DNA of 64,000 nucleotides, taken from Octopus vulgaris (Eukaryota). The notes below the pieces were generated by a model. That model worked only from the letters and a program-made list of their open reading frames with translations. It had not been told where the DNA came from and made no database searches. This document shows, piece by piece, positions 27,272-42,379 of the stretch. Each line of letters starts with the position of its first letter. Positions within the stretch are counted from its first letter, which is position 1. A program made the position numbers and the translations under genes. The stretch covers positions 21,204,001-21,268,000 of the forward strand of contig OX597828.1 in assembly GCA_951406725.2 (NCBI GenBank). Reading direction: 5' to 3'.

Positions 27272-27657
27272 TCTTTTACTCTTTTACTTGTTTCCGTCAC
27301 GTGATTGCGGCCATGTTGGAGCACCGCCTTTGTAAGCCTAGTGCTTATTCTATAGGTTCTTTTGCCGAACCGCTAGGTTACGGAGACGTGAACACACCAT
27401 CATCGGTTGTCAAGCGATGATAGGAGGACAAACACAGACATACGTATATGTACGGCGGGCTTCTTTCAGTTTCCATTTACCAAATCCACTCACTTGTCCA
27501 AGGTGCCACGCAGTGGACTGAACCGTGTGGTTAGGAAGCGAGCTTCTTACTACAGTCATGCTTGCACCTATAAGCCACGTCTGCGCCTATAAGCCACGCC
27601 TGCGCCTATAAGCCACGCCTGCACCTATAAGCCACACCTGCGTCTATAAGCCACGCA
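27272..27657 (-). mobile_element. SINE family 1 copy with ~5 tandem 19-bp reiterations at its 5' end
   Basis: Tail at 27272; cctataagccacgcctgcg repeats at 27563-27657. Confidence 0.8.
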
Positions 27658-28139
27658 TTTCAATATTTCGAGTTTAGAATCTCTTCCTCAGGAAATCTTC
27701 GGAGAAATGAAGTTTTGGGCTGACTTCCCTTTTTCTGTACATATAACTTTCTGATGTTATATCGAAATATTACTTTCTTCTTTGTATAATACGGAACACA
27801 TTCAACGCTTCCAAAAACAAAGACAAAATTTATTTACAATATGCTGTTGCATTAAAAAAAAACTTTGATATTTAGCATTTAATTTTAGGGAGATCGTTGT
27901 CAGATGGCAGTCTAGCTTAATGGTAGAGTACACAGTCACTATCGGAGTGCTACCGGTTCGAGTTCCGTGGTTGTCTGCTGACAACTTTTTCCGCCTTTTA
28001 CAGGTAAAACACCCAATCTTTCCACTGTTTCCGCGGCTATACTGCGTTCGAAATATTACTTTCTTGTATGTATAATATACATATATATATATATGCTCAC
28101 TTGTGTGTGCTTGTATATATATATGTGATCTCTTTCAAC

Positions 28140-28355
28140 ATGTGATCTCTTGAGCACCACCAGCAAACATATTTTTTCCTCTGTCTTCCCTTCTTGGGAT
28201 CTTTCCTTCTCCTTGTTTTCGACGAAGAGCTCCGCTCGAAACGTTAAACCCTCCTTCCCTTCTTTCCTGAGCGTCAATAATACTTTAATTGTTCCACGTC
28301 CTCGCATTGCTGTTTTTTTTTCTTTTTTTCTGTGTTTTCTTGTTTGGATTAACTA
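28140..28355 (+). mobile_element. Penelope-like short repeat with minimal hammerhead-like motif (28215-28249)
   Basis: gttt-TCGACGAA-gagc tcc gctc-GAAA-c-GTT-aaac. Confidence 0.55.
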
Positions 28356-28982
28356 TATATATATGTGCATATGGATATACAAATGGATGATACAACGAGC
28401 CTCAACACACCGTTTTGATTCCGTGCTTACCAAAATTCGTTTACAAGACATCGGTCATTCAGCAGGTAAAATAAAGTAGAAAGAGCTTGCTCACGGTGCA
28501 TTCTTGCAGGATTAAAGATAAAAACCCATGTGGTATTGGTAGCAGAGCGAACCTCTTCGCCAAATAGCATTTTTCACGTCCTTACCGCAAATTATAGACA
28601 GAAATAACTGATAGTCATTTTAACTTCATTAATGAAGCGATGAAAAATAAAAACAATAAAAAACGAAAAAAGAAGCTCTCCAACCCCCCCCCCACAAAAA
28701 ACAAAAACAAGGCAAGGCAGTAGTTTCACCGTTTGACCAAACATATTGTTATCTGAAGTAAAGGCTAAAGAATCTTGTCTCTTACTTAGAGACTGTTTCT
28801 TGCTCTGTTGAATAAACTTCAAATTAAATATACATTCTCGATATACACACACACATGCGTTCGTATACACATATATAGATATACGCATTTACGTGCATAA
28901 ATATAGACTTCCAACATTAAATTACATAATGTATAATACACATGTAATACATTCATACTTAATGCATATCTAACGCGTGCAT

Positions 28983-29033
<51 letters not shown>

Positions 29034-29228
29034 AATACGCACACACATTCGTATTCATACATACATATATATGTATGCATGTGTGTGTGTTTGTGTTTAC
29101 ATGCATACATACTCACTTACGCGCTTATATACACACGCGCATAACGCACATATTCACACAAGTATACAGATGTGCGTATGTATACTTCATTTATTTATTA
29201 TAGACACATACATGCATACATACATACA

Positions 29229-29289
<61 letters not shown>

Positions 29290-29334
29290 CGTATAGTATA
29301 TAGATATATACGTATATACATATATGTATATTTA

Positions 29335-29448
<114 letters not shown>

Positions 29449-29603
29449 TATTTATATATATATATATGTATATATAACATATATATATGTATATATATGA
29501 ATGTATATATATATATATATACACACACAAATTGCTATAAATAGAGAATATGTTTCATTTCTCGTAACTTTTACGTACCTTATCTGTCACTTGAAGCCAT
29601 TCA

Positions 29604-29636
<33 letters not shown>

Positions 29637-29824
29637 CATATCCATACATTAGAACAAACGCATAAAGGAAACAAACAACTTCTCTCCCTTCTCCCCCCAT
29701 CCCAATCGGGAAACCAAAACGAAAATAACAGACATAAACAACAAAACATATAACAATAAAACATAAACATAAAAATGAATATATATGTACAGAAGGCACC
29801 AGCACCAGCACCAGCAACAACAGC

Positions 29825-29866
<42 letters not shown>

Positions 29867-30040
29867 AATAACTAAAATAACAAAAATATATAAATGAGTA
29901 GGTAAATAAATAAATAAATATAAAATTATATAAAAAGGACGTGAAAAACAAGAAATTCAATGTGAAAAAACAACAAACACACACACACAAATACACACAC
30001 ATACAAACACTAACATATATAGATACACATAAATACATAC

Positions 30041-30117
<77 letters not shown>

Positions 30118-30335
30118 TATATACACATATATATATACTTGTAAACATACATGTATATATAAATATAAACACACACACACACACATATATATATATGTAC
30201 ATATATATGTATATATGTATACATACATATATACCTATATAAAAATACTTATTTATGTATATATATATATATAATGAATTACATGTATATAACGAATTAT
30301 TTATATCATATATGTATAATATATATGTATATATT

Positions 30336-30387
<52 letters not shown>

Positions 30388-30919
30388 TAAACACACACAC
30401 AGAGATTATATGTGTGTGTATCCCAATGTAAAAACAAAATGGAAAATAAACAGGAAACAAGCATCTAAAACATATAACAACAAAGAGAACAACAGAAACT
30501 GCATAAAACAATCCACAACAACAATAACAACAATAGCAACAACAACAACAACAGCTGCAATAGAAGCCGCAGCAAGAAAAACAACAACGCAGAGAAGAAG
30601 AGAGAAAAATCTCAGAACAAGAAAGAGAAAAAAAAAAACTGAAAAGAAAGAAAAAAAAATCAGAAAACAAACGACAAAACGGCAAAAAAAAAAAAACAGT
30701 CGACGACGACGACGATGACTATGACGAAAACGAAGAAAACGAAAATTAAGAAAAGAAAAAGAAAGAAAATGAAAGAAAGAAAGAAAGAGAGAGAAAAGAA
30801 GAAAGATTAAAAAAATAAAGCAAACTAACAAAGATACACGAAAAAAGAAATAAGAACTAAAAAAAAAAAAGCTGGGGAAAAAAAAGACAGACTCTAGTAG
30901 TAGATGAGTAAATTGGAGA

Positions 30920-30997
30920 AATCGGGCGCCATTTTAAAGTTTGTTTCGGGCCAAGCGGAAGTGACGTTTTGCCATCATGTAGAGGCAAAACGTAAGC
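30920..30997. promoter_or_regulatory. Putative housekeeping-type promoter (YY1 + ETS-CRE composite)
   Basis: CGCCATTTT and GCGGAAGTGACGT within 50 bp in a unique CpG-containing island; plus-strand donor-like aac|gtaagc at 30991. Confidence 0.55.
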
Positions 30998-31249
30998 ATG
31001 TCTGACTGGAATCAATATATTTCAAATGTAATCAACTTTAAGCCGTCCAATGGTTCTGAGTAATTCCTTCATAAATATGACTTTATCAATTTTTCAAAGT
31101 GATTCTTTACGACATTCGATGCATTTATGTCCGTTTTTATTATTATTAGTATTATTATTTATCATTTTTTTTTCTTGCCTTGGTTTTCTGCTTTTTCGTT
31201 TCGTCTTCGTGTCATTTTTTTTTTGTATCTCATATTTTTGCTGTTCTAC

Positions 31250-31286
31250 TACATATGTGTGTGTGTTTTTTTATGCATGTGTTTGA

Positions 31287-31321
<35 letters not shown>

Positions 31322-31493
31322 AATGTATGCATGTGTGAGTGTATGAGTTCCTGATGTTTTGTGTATGTGTATACATATTAAGTATGGTGTAGGTTGTATG
31401 TGTGTGAGTGCAAATGCGTATATTTTTTTGTCTGTGTATGTGTTTGTGTGTGCTTGTGTGCATCTGTATGTGTGTGTGAGGACATGTTTGTAA

Positions 31494-31524
<31 letters not shown>

Positions 31525-32275
31525 ATGTGTGTGTGTTTGAATGCACAAGTGTACATTTTTGGAGTGTGTATGTATGTATGTTTTTTTGTATGTGTGTATT
31601 TGTGTATATCTATTTGGGTGTATGTGTGTGTGCGTGTTTCGAAGTGTTCGTGTGTGTGTTCGCGCGTGTGTGTATGTGTGTGTGTATGTGTGTGTGCATG
31701 TGTGTGAGTGTGTGTGCATATGTGCGTATGTATGTTTTTTGTATATGTGTATTTGTGTATATCTGTTTGTGCGTGTGTGTGTGTGTGTGCGTTCAAGTGT
31801 TCGTGTGTGTATTCGCATGTGTGTGTGCGCATGTGTGTGTGTGCATGTATGTGTGTGTGCGCATGTGTGTGTGCGTGTGTGCATGTGTGCGTATCCATTT
31901 TTTTTGTATGTGTGAATTTGTGTACATCTGGGTGTGTATGCATGCTTCGAAGTGTTCGTGTGCATATTCGCATGTATGTGTGTGTGTGTGTGTATGTATG
32001 TGTGAGTGTACTTTTGTATGTGCATGTGTATGCATGCTTGTACTGTGTACGTTAGTATGTGTGTGTTTCTGAGTATGTCTATATTTTTGGAGCGTGTGGT
32101 TATACAAGTTTTTGTATGTATGTATTTGTGTATATCTATATAGGTGTTTATACGTGTTTCGAAGTGTGCGTGTGTGTGTGTGTGTGCGTGCGTATGTGAG
32201 TGTGTCTATTCGTATGCACACACGCTCGTCTATTCGTATGTGCGTGTGTGTGTGTTTGAGAACGGGTTTGTATTG

Positions 32276-32325
<50 letters not shown>

Positions 32326-32715
32326 TGTGTGTGTGTGTGCGTGTGTGTTTGAATACGTATGTGTGTATTCTGTGTGATTGTGTGTTTGTCTCTGTTTCTG
32401 TATGTGTTTTTGTACATGAATGTTTTTGCATGTATATGTCCATGTTTCTGTGTGTGTGCGTGTGTGCGTGTGTGTGCGTGTGTGTGTGTGTGTGCACACA
32501 CACAGATTATATATATCCATGCATACATACTTATGTGCACACATGCACAAATATATACTTGTAGATGTAGGCACACGCGCATGCGCGCTCGCGCGCACAC
32601 ACATGCACACACACACACACACACACGCGCATACCTATACACCTGGAAATATATAGGCATACATACTTCATGCACACACGCATACATAACACGCAACACA
32701 CACACACACACATTT
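31250..32715. repeat. Degenerate (TG)n field with a ~160-bp higher-order repeat
   Basis: tatttgtgtatatct..gtttcgaagtgttcg recurs near 31595, 31750, 31915 and 32125. Confidence 0.85.
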
Positions 32716-32959
32716 GTTTGTTGTTTTCTTTTAGATATATTTGTTTGAGTTGTTTTTTCCGTGGTGGTGGTCATGGTTGTGAAGGGAATGGGGAGACGGT
32801 TCGCCTTTTATTTTAAATAGAGCCGAAAATAAAAATATTAGATGAAGATAAAGAAAAAAAAGTGGAAAAAAAGGAAACGAAAAATAAACAAAAGGTAAAA
32901 AAACGATGCTAATATTGCTAAAGACCTGCAAAAATCGTAAATGAAATATATGAAGGAAA

Positions 32960-33188
32960 TGCTGATGATGATGACGATGAAGATGACGATGACAACGACG
33001 ATGGTGATAATGATGGTGATGATGATGATGATGATGAAGATGATGATGATGATGATGATGATGATAATGATGATAATGATGATGATGATGATGATGATGA
33101 TGACGATGATGTCGACGACAACAATGATGATGACGACGATGATGATGAGAATGATGATGACGACGATGATGAAGACGACGACGATGAC

Positions 33189-33226
<38 letters not shown>

Positions 33227-33800
33227 CGACGACGACGATGAAGATGACGACGATAATGATGATGAGAATGATGATGACGACGATGATGAAGACAACGACG
33301 TTGACGATGATGATGATGATGTTGATTATGATGATGACGATGATGATGATGATGATGACGATGATGATGATGACGAGGACAACGATGATAATGATGATGA
33401 TGATGTTGATGATGATGATGATGATGAAGAAGATGAAGTTGATGACAACGATGATGATGTTGATGAAGATGATGACGACGACGACGACGATGACGAAGAT
33501 GACAACGATTATGATGACGATGACGACGACGATGATGACGATGTTGATAGTAATAAAGACGATGATGATGGTGATGGTGATGATGGTGATGATGACGACG
33601 AAGACGACAAAAATGACAACGACGACGATGTTGATGATGATAATGATGATGGTGATGACGACGATGAAAATGACGATGGCGATGACGACGATGATGACTA
33701 CATGATGATGATGATGATGATGATGATGCTGGTGGTGGTGGTGGTGGTGGTGGTAGCGGAGGTAATGATTCTGATCACGATGGTGATGGCGACGACGAAG
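32960..33800. repeat. Degenerate (GAT/GAC)n trinucleotide field
   Basis: Direct reading. Confidence 0.95.
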
Positions 33801-34322
33801 AAGGAGAAACGGGAGACGAAAAAGGAAGAAGAAAAAGAGAAAAGCAAAAGGAAAAGAGAAAAGAAGGTGGAAAAGAAGAAAAAGAAGAGGAGAGAACTAC
33901 GAAAAAGAAGGCAAAATATTAATTAGTAAAAGAGAATGATACACATCCATTAAAAAAAAAAGTATACACACAAAATTAATATTCCGGCAGCATTCGACAT
34001 CTTGTAAATTCGAAATACGACTATTTTACTATCTATCTGTCTGTCTGTCTACAGTCGTAGCCAGAAATCTAGAACATTAAAAAAAAATTAAAATCGTTAT
34101 ACTCAAGTACAATTCGACTCAAATATATACAACCCAGCCACCCAGCCACCCAGCCACCTACCTACCTACCTACCTACCTACCTACCTACCTACCTACCTA
34201 CCTACCTACCTACCTACCTACCTACCTACTTACCTACCTACCTATCTACATACCTACCTACCTACCTACCTACCTACTTACCTACCTACCTACCTACCTA
34301 CCCAACCATCCATCCATCCATC

Positions 34323-34396
<74 letters not shown>

Positions 34397-34397
<1 letters not shown>

Positions 34398-34660
34398 ATG
34401 TTGAGTGTGAGGCCGTGTGGGAAGGTGAATGGAAGCATAACGTCACCATCAAAAATGATCACTCCAAACGCCATTGAGTTGACTGGATGTTTGATTTTTA
34501 TCACTCTCCGTACATGTCCTCAGAGTGCACTGTCCTCAAATTGACACCCAATCACTCTGAAATATTCGTATTGGAACTTCCGGCGCGACTGCCAGGCAGG
34601 ACAGCATGTCGTTTCCAAATTTCTGGCAGAGTGAATTACAGCATGGTGCTGTTATTCTAA
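34397..34660 (-). mobile_element. Decayed Tc1/mariner-superfamily transposase fragment
   Basis: Minus strand translates to [32 protein letters not shown], resembling the KxPxxxMVFGV..DGxxMPP segment of DDD/E transposases. Confidence 0.6.
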
Positions 34661-34865
34661 CAGACGGTACCCAAGTGACCCTACTATACTGTGTAGTCGA
34701 CAAAATCCGAAACAAACAATGCACATGAGCGAAATTAAAAATATATATATAATGGCGACAATTTACCCATCGCACGCTGTATGTATGTTTGTATAAATAT
34801 GTACGAGTATATATATATATGCATACATATATTTACATATACTTGCATATATATATAGATATACA

Positions 34866-34907
<42 letters not shown>

Positions 34908-34948
34908 GTATATATATGTATGTATATATATGCATAAATACATATACA

Positions 34949-34994
<46 letters not shown>

Positions 34995-34996
<2 letters not shown>

Positions 34997-35492
34997 CGGG
35001 AAGCTTTATGAAAATAGACAAAAGACGAAGGCAGGTTTACGGAAATAAACAAAAGACGAAGGCAGGTGGAATACAAACAAACAATTATATTAGTATGGCG
35101 CTCAGGAAATATAAATAAAACAAGTCTTTAACGTTTCGAGCCTACGCTCTTCAACAGAAAGATACACAGAGAAAAAACTTGTTACCACTTTCACCCGCCG
35201 CAAAAAATCCAAAGGACTGTTTCAACGAAGTCGCGTATTGTCCTTACCTTCGAAAACGCGGAGTGGATGAAACAGGGACAACTGAAGAAGGGGAATATTC
35301 TTTTTTGTTGCATGCCTCGTTTCTCTGTTTGTTTTTTTCGTTGTTCTAAAAAGTTCGTTTTCTATATTTTTGTTTTCATGTTTTCGTTTCTCATTGCGTC
35401 CAACGTTTTTTGATGTCCTGTACCCATATCCCATATATGCATGTATACATACATATATGTGTAGGTATGTGCATATATGTATGTACATATGC

Positions 35493-35544
<52 letters not shown>

Positions 35545-35765
35545 GCCAATCTAGTCGCCATGATTGATCGTTAGCCACTACACACATATTTTCTCTCCTT
35601 TTTTTCTCTCTCCTTGTTTCTCTCCTTGTTTTTTTCTGTGTCCCTTTCTGTAGAAGAGCATAGGCTCGAAACGTAACAGACTTTTTCTATTCCTGAGCGT
35701 TATACTAATACATCTGTTTGTTTTGTACACCACCTGTCTTCGTCTTTTGTTTTTTCGTAAACTCT

Positions 35766-35770
<5 letters not shown>
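34995..35770. mobile_element. Two opposed copies of the hammerhead-bearing Penelope-like repeat
   Basis: Hammerhead motif at 35125-35162 (-) and ~35645-35682 (+); both in (TA)n. Confidence 0.7.
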
Positions 35771-35830
<60 letters not shown>

Positions 35831-35832
<2 letters not shown>

Positions 35833-36035
35833 CGCATGGTTCAGTGGTTAGAGCGTCGTGCTCATAATCATGAGGTACTGAGTTCCATTCCCGGTCTGGG
35901 CTGTCGTGTTCTTGAGCAAGACACTTTATTTCACGTTGCTCCAGTTCACCCAGCTGTAGAAATGAGTTGCGACGTCACAGGTGCCAAGCTGTATCGACCT
36001 TTGTCTTTCCCTTGGATAACATCGGTGGCATGGAG
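35831..36035 (+). mobile_element. SINE family 3 (CORE-like)
   Basis: ggcgcatggttcagtggttagagcg head, cttgagcaagacacttta. Confidence 0.82.
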
Positions 36036-36466
36036 AGTTTTTACTCCTTTACTTTACTCCTATATTAGAAACCATTTAAACACACACACGCACACACGCA
36101 CACACACGCACACGTGTGTGCGTGTGTGTGCGTGCATGTCTTTGTGTCTATGTTTGTCTCCCAGCACTGTATGACAACCGGTGTTGGTACGTTTACGTGT
36201 CCGCAACTTTGCGGTTTAGCAAAAGAGACCGATAGAATAAAGTACCGGGTAAAAAAAAAAACCCAAAAAACAAAAACAAAAGAAGCAAAGACATACTGGA
36301 GTCGATTCGTTCGATTAAAAATTCTTCAAGTCTGTGCCCCAGCATGGCCGTATTCTATTCACTGAAACAAGTAACCGATAAAAGATGAAAGATTTAAACG
36401 CAGAACTTCCACACACATATCACTGAATCACTATTAACTCTTTCTCTCTCTTTCCATCCCCCCACG

Positions 36467-36517
<51 letters not shown>

Positions 36518-36599
36518 AATCTCCGCCTCCCTCTTTCTCTCACATTCTTTCTCTCTATCTCTATCTCTGTCTCTCATCCATAATCACACATATCCGCTC

Positions 36600-37195
36600 T
36601 TAAAAACATGCATAAATTACACCCGAGCACACACATACATAAACCAAATACATATACACATATAAACACGCATAAACACACGCATACATACACAGATACA
36701 TACATACATACATACATACATACATACATACATACATACATACATACATACGTACATACATACATATATATATGCATGCATGCATACATACACACACATA
36801 TATACATACATCATAGGTACATACCTACGTATTTACATGCATACATACATACATACACACACATAATACAAACATACATACATACACACATGCATGCATA
36901 CATAAACATACATACATCATACATACATGCATACGTCATACTACATACATACACACACATACATACACATGCTTACGTCATACATTCATACATACGTCAT
37001 ACAACATACATACACACACGCATACATATTCTACACATACATACATACATACATTCATACATACACACATACATACACACATACATACATATTCATACGT
37101 TATACATTCATACATACATAAATACATACATACACACACACATGCATACACATGCATACGTCATACATTCATACATTCATACATACATACATACA

Positions 37196-37228
<33 letters not shown>

Positions 37229-37431
37229 CATACTTACATATAAACATATACACACACACATACATATTTCTACACATACATATATACATATATACATTCA
37301 TACATGCACACACACACATGCTTAAGCACTTGCATACATATATACATACATACATACATACGTACATACACATACATACACATACATGTATCATACAGTC
37401 ATACATACGTCATACTACATACTTACACACA

Positions 37432-37465
<34 letters not shown>

Positions 37466-37851
37466 CATACATACATACATATATTCATAAACACAGACAC
37501 ACATCCTCTCATGCAAAGACATACACACATCACATATACCTACATATACCTACGCATACCTACATAAAAACACACACACTAATCATACATAAACACACAT
37601 ACCTACACACTTCACATCTAAAACAAAACATACATACACATACACACACATAAAGGTATACACACTTCACATAAACCTGTACGTATCTACACGTAAAACC
37701 GCACACAGATCATATATGAACACACATACATACACACACATATCTAAAACCAAACACACACATAGAGACGTTTACACACACAATTTATCTCACTCTCATA
37801 TTCTTTCTTACACCATTTCTTTCTCTCTCTCTCTCATACACCCGGTCATAA

Positions 37852-37915
<64 letters not shown>

Positions 37916-38475
37916 GCACACACACACAAAGATACACAGACATAAGGATACACACACGCACACATACACATATCTATGCATAAACCCTCCACTTATATTA
38001 CGCACAGGCACACACATATACATACACATACTTAAACCAAATAGACACACACATACACACATACCCACTCATAAAAAAATTAGTCATATCACGCAAACAC
38101 ATACACATACTTAAAACCAAACACACACGCATGCATACATAAATACATACATGCATACACACATATTAAAGCTAATGCACATACACACACACAAAACTCA
38201 CAGACATAAGTACACAACACACACACACACATTACATACGCAAACATACACACGCACATTGACTCAAACAAACTATACACACACACACACAACACACTCA
38301 ACCATACCCAGACACACACTCTGAATACACACACACACAACATACTCAAACACAAACACAATACACACACATATATACACACACATATATATGCACACAC
38401 AATTCATACACAAAATCACTCACATACACGTATATACACACACATAAAACATACTCAAACATACACACACATACA

Positions 38476-38521
<46 letters not shown>

Positions 38522-38728
38522 AATATATATATACACAGTTCACACAATTCACACAAAAAGCACTCACATACATGTATATACACACACATACAACATACTC
38601 AAACATACACACACATACACATATATATACACACACACACAACATACTCAAACACACACAAAAAGCACTCACATACATGTATACACACACACACACACAA
38701 CATATTCAAACACACACAGACATATATA

Positions 38729-38793
<65 letters not shown>

Positions 38794-38955
38794 TTCACAC
38801 AATTCACACAAAAAGCACTCACATACATGTATACACACACACACACACACAACATACTCAAACACACACAGACACACATATATATATGCACACACAATTC
38901 ACACACACACACGCACACACACACACACACACACGCACACACATACACACACACA
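36600..38955. repeat. Degenerate (CA)/(TACA) field with internal duplications
   Basis: Direct reading. Confidence 0.92.
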
Positions 38956-39084
38956 CAGCTTGCCGTCTACACAAAATATAGACTTCACGAGAAACACTTG
39001 TTAAACTTCTCCATCGGCATTCCTTTTTCTATTTCACGGGATTAAATGTTTAAACGGCACAAGAAGATCTTGTGAAGCCTGGTA

Positions 39085-39262
39085 TTAACAAAGCTTGCAA
39101 TTCCAGAATATCCTACCGATGGTAATTCCAAATACCATTAATGCTATTCCGAAAGACATTCTCTGCAGAAATCCTGCTAATCTTTGCATGAGAAAAGCCA
39201 TTTCGGATTGTGCTTTAATATTGTTAATCTCTTCGTTAAAACGATTCGTTTCTTCTAAATAT
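39085..39262 (-). CDS. Probable terminal coding exon of an unidentified protein with a C-terminal transmembrane helix
   Basis: Unique island; acceptor ccccatttctcag|; open frame YLEETNRFNEEINNIKAQSEMAFLMQRLAGFLQRMSFGIALMVFGITIGRIFWNCKLC-stop. Confidence 0.6.
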
Positions 39263-39709
39263 CTGAGAAATGGGGGGGGGGGGGAGAGAGAGAGAGAGAG
39301 AGAGAGAGTGAGAGAGGGTAGAATGTGGTGTGTGTTCGTATGTTGGTGTGTGTGTGTGTGTATGTGTGTGTGTGTGGTTAATGTATCTATCGCATCGCGT
39401 GTTTGTGTGTGAGTGTTTATGCAAGTGCGTGTGTATGTGCATGTATGCGTGTGTGTGTGTGTGTGTTTGTGTTCGAATGTGTGTGTGTGTGTGTATATAT
39501 ATGTGTATGAGAGTGTTTTGTGTGTGAATTGTGTGTGTATATATATATATATGTGTGTGTGTGTGTTTGAGTATGTTGTGTGCATGTGTGCGCTTAATGT
39601 GTGTGTGTGTGTGTATGTGCTTAATGTGTGTGTTTGTGTTCGAATGTGTGTGTGTGTATGTGTGCTAGTGTGGTTAAGAATTGTGATGTTATGTGTTGTA
39701 TCGCCGTGC

Positions 39710-39768
<59 letters not shown>

Positions 39769-39856
39769 TATGTGCTTCTGTGTGTGTTAATGTGTGAGTG
39801 TATGTGCTGTGAATGTATGTGCCTGCGTGTACATGAGAACATGTGAGAACGTGTGT

Positions 39857-39904
<48 letters not shown>

Positions 39905-40145
39905 TTGTGTTACAAAGCGGTAAAACAGCAGCAACTTGGGAATACACTGACTAGAAGAAAGAGAGACAGTCCGTTTAAGAAGCAGATATATAGACAAGGT
40001 AGATAGATATGTTGATAGATAGATAGATTGACAGCGTAGCTGGTCGATTGATAGACGGATAGATAGATAGATAGATGGATAGATAAATGGATACGTGCAT
40101 ACATAGCTAGTTAGACACACGCACACACACATATGTATGTATGTA

Positions 40146-40196
<51 letters not shown>

Positions 40197-40359
40197 TAAT
40201 AACACCAGGGTAATAAAGATTTTAGAAATTTTTACTACCAGTGGCCTAGCGTTCGAAGTTTTTATCCCTAATTGTGGTTTAGACTTTAGCTGTTCCTTCT
40301 AGCGTGCCAGGATTCCTATGATTGATACCTCCTATCTGTTTAAATGCACACTGTATTTA

Positions 40360-40442
<83 letters not shown>

Positions 40443-40471
40443 ATGTACATATATATATATACATATATATA

Positions 40472-40509
<38 letters not shown>

Positions 40510-40809
40510 GAAGAGAGAATGGATGGGTAGGTTGAACGATAGACTAAGAGATGCAGAGATAAATAAATAGATAGGTAGATACATAGAGGGGGTTAAATAG
40601 AATGGTTGATAGAGAGATAGATAGGTAGAGATAGAAGGATACACAAATAGATGGCTCGATAGACGGATTGAAATAAATAGCGTTAGGCCACTGTAAGGCA
40701 GGATTAAGAGGTAAATATATAAAGAGCTGGATAGATAGGTGTATAGACAGGTGTATAGAAGTATACTTGCTCATTCCTTTTCTCTCTTTCTCAACCAAAG
40801 TGAGTGCGC

Positions 40810-40915
<106 letters not shown>

Positions 40916-41099
40916 CACATATATGCATGCAGAATGCCAGATAGGTTTATCGAGAGATAAGTAGTGCGCGTGAGCGCATTCGTGTGTGATCGTGTAAGAG
41001 AGAAAAATGGAGAGAGAGAGAGAGAGGGAGAGATGGGGGAGAGAGAGATAGAGGGTGAGAGAAAGCGAAAGTTAATAGCAATACTTTGACGGGCCCCAC

Positions 41100-41200
41100 C
41101 CACTGTCTGTCAATCAAAATTACGTCAATGGACCACGTGATACGCGTTTCGTTTGTTTCTCTTGGTTTAAAGCGAGAGTTCTCTACACTCTCTGACCTGG
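41100..41200. promoter_or_regulatory. Possible cis-regulatory cluster
   Basis: TTACGTCA (CRE/PAR-like), CACGTG and ACGCGT within 30 bp in unique CpG-rich sequence. Confidence 0.3.
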
Positions 41201-41344
41201 TAGTTCTGTAGGAAATGTACTTGTTGTTGTTGTTGTTATTGTAGTTGTTTCTGCCTTTCCTGCCATTAACTGCTGTAATTTTTATTTGGTATTGTTGTTA
41301 CAATTGCTATTATCGACGCTGTTTATCTCTTCAGGCGCCAGAAG

Positions 41345-42308
41345 CATCAGATATCCACCCACCTTTTCTTCTATACGGGTGCCACACTAAATAGCTGTTG
41401 GTGAACATTATATATCCACCCTCTTCTCTTCATACGGGTTCCACACCAAATAACTGTTGCTAAACATTTGATATCCACCCTCTTCCCTTCATACGGGTGC
41501 CACACCAGATAGCTGTTAGTAAACAGATATCCACCCTCTTCCCTTCATACGGGTGCCACACCAGATAGCTGTTGGCAAACAGATATCCACCCTCTTCCCT
41601 TCATACGGGTGCCACACCAGATAGCTGTTGGTAAACAGATATCCACTCTCCTCCCTTCATACGGGTGCCACGCCAGATAGCTGTTGGTAAACAGATATCC
41701 ACCCTGCTCCCTTCATACGGGTGCCACACCAGATAGCTGTTGGTAAACAGATATCCACCCTCTTTCCTTCATACGGGTGCCACACCAGATAGCTGTTGGT
41801 AAACAGATACCCACCCTCTTTCCTTCATACGGGTGCCACACCAGATAGCTGTTGGTAAACAGATATCCACCCTCCTCCCTTCATACGGGTGCCACACCAG
41901 ATAGCTGTTAGTAAACAGATATCCACCCTCTTTCCTTCATACGGGTGCCATACCAGATAGCTGTTGCTAAACAGATATCCACCCTCTTTCTTTCATACAG
42001 GTACCACACTGAATAGCTGTTGCTAAACATTAGGTATCCACCCTCTTTCCTTCATACGAGTGTCATACCAAATAGCTGTTGGTAAACATTAGATACCCAT
42101 CCTTTTTTCTTCCTACGGGTGTCACGCCAAATAGCTGTTGCTAAACATTAGGTATCTACCCTCTTTCCTTCAAACAGGTGCCACACTGAATAGGTGTTGC
42201 TAAACATTAGATATCCACCCGCTTTCCTACATACGAGTGCCACACTGAATAGCTGTTGGTAAACATTGGGTATCTACCCTCTTTCCTTCATACGGGTATC
42301 ACACTGAA
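41345..42308. repeat. 56/59-bp satellite, ~17 copies
   Basis: agatatccaccctcttcccttcatacgggtgccacaccagatagctgttggtaaac; homogeneous centre, diverged edges. Confidence 0.95.
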
Positions 42309-42379
42309 TGACACTAGCTAAACACCATGTAACTATCGAGTTACCTATCCTTCCTAAAACGGGTATTATACTGAATAGC

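Noticed and set aside
27903-27980. tRNA-like sequence with A and B boxes
   Set aside because: Cloverleaf arms pair poorly; more likely a degenerate SINE head or tRNA pseudogene. tRNAscan-SE would settle it.
32918-33926. Poly-Met/Thr and poly-Ser ORFs
   Set aside because: (GAT)n repeat artefact.
41345-42308. CRISPR-like array
   Set aside because: Contiguous tandem units without unique spacers; eukaryotic context; no cas genes.
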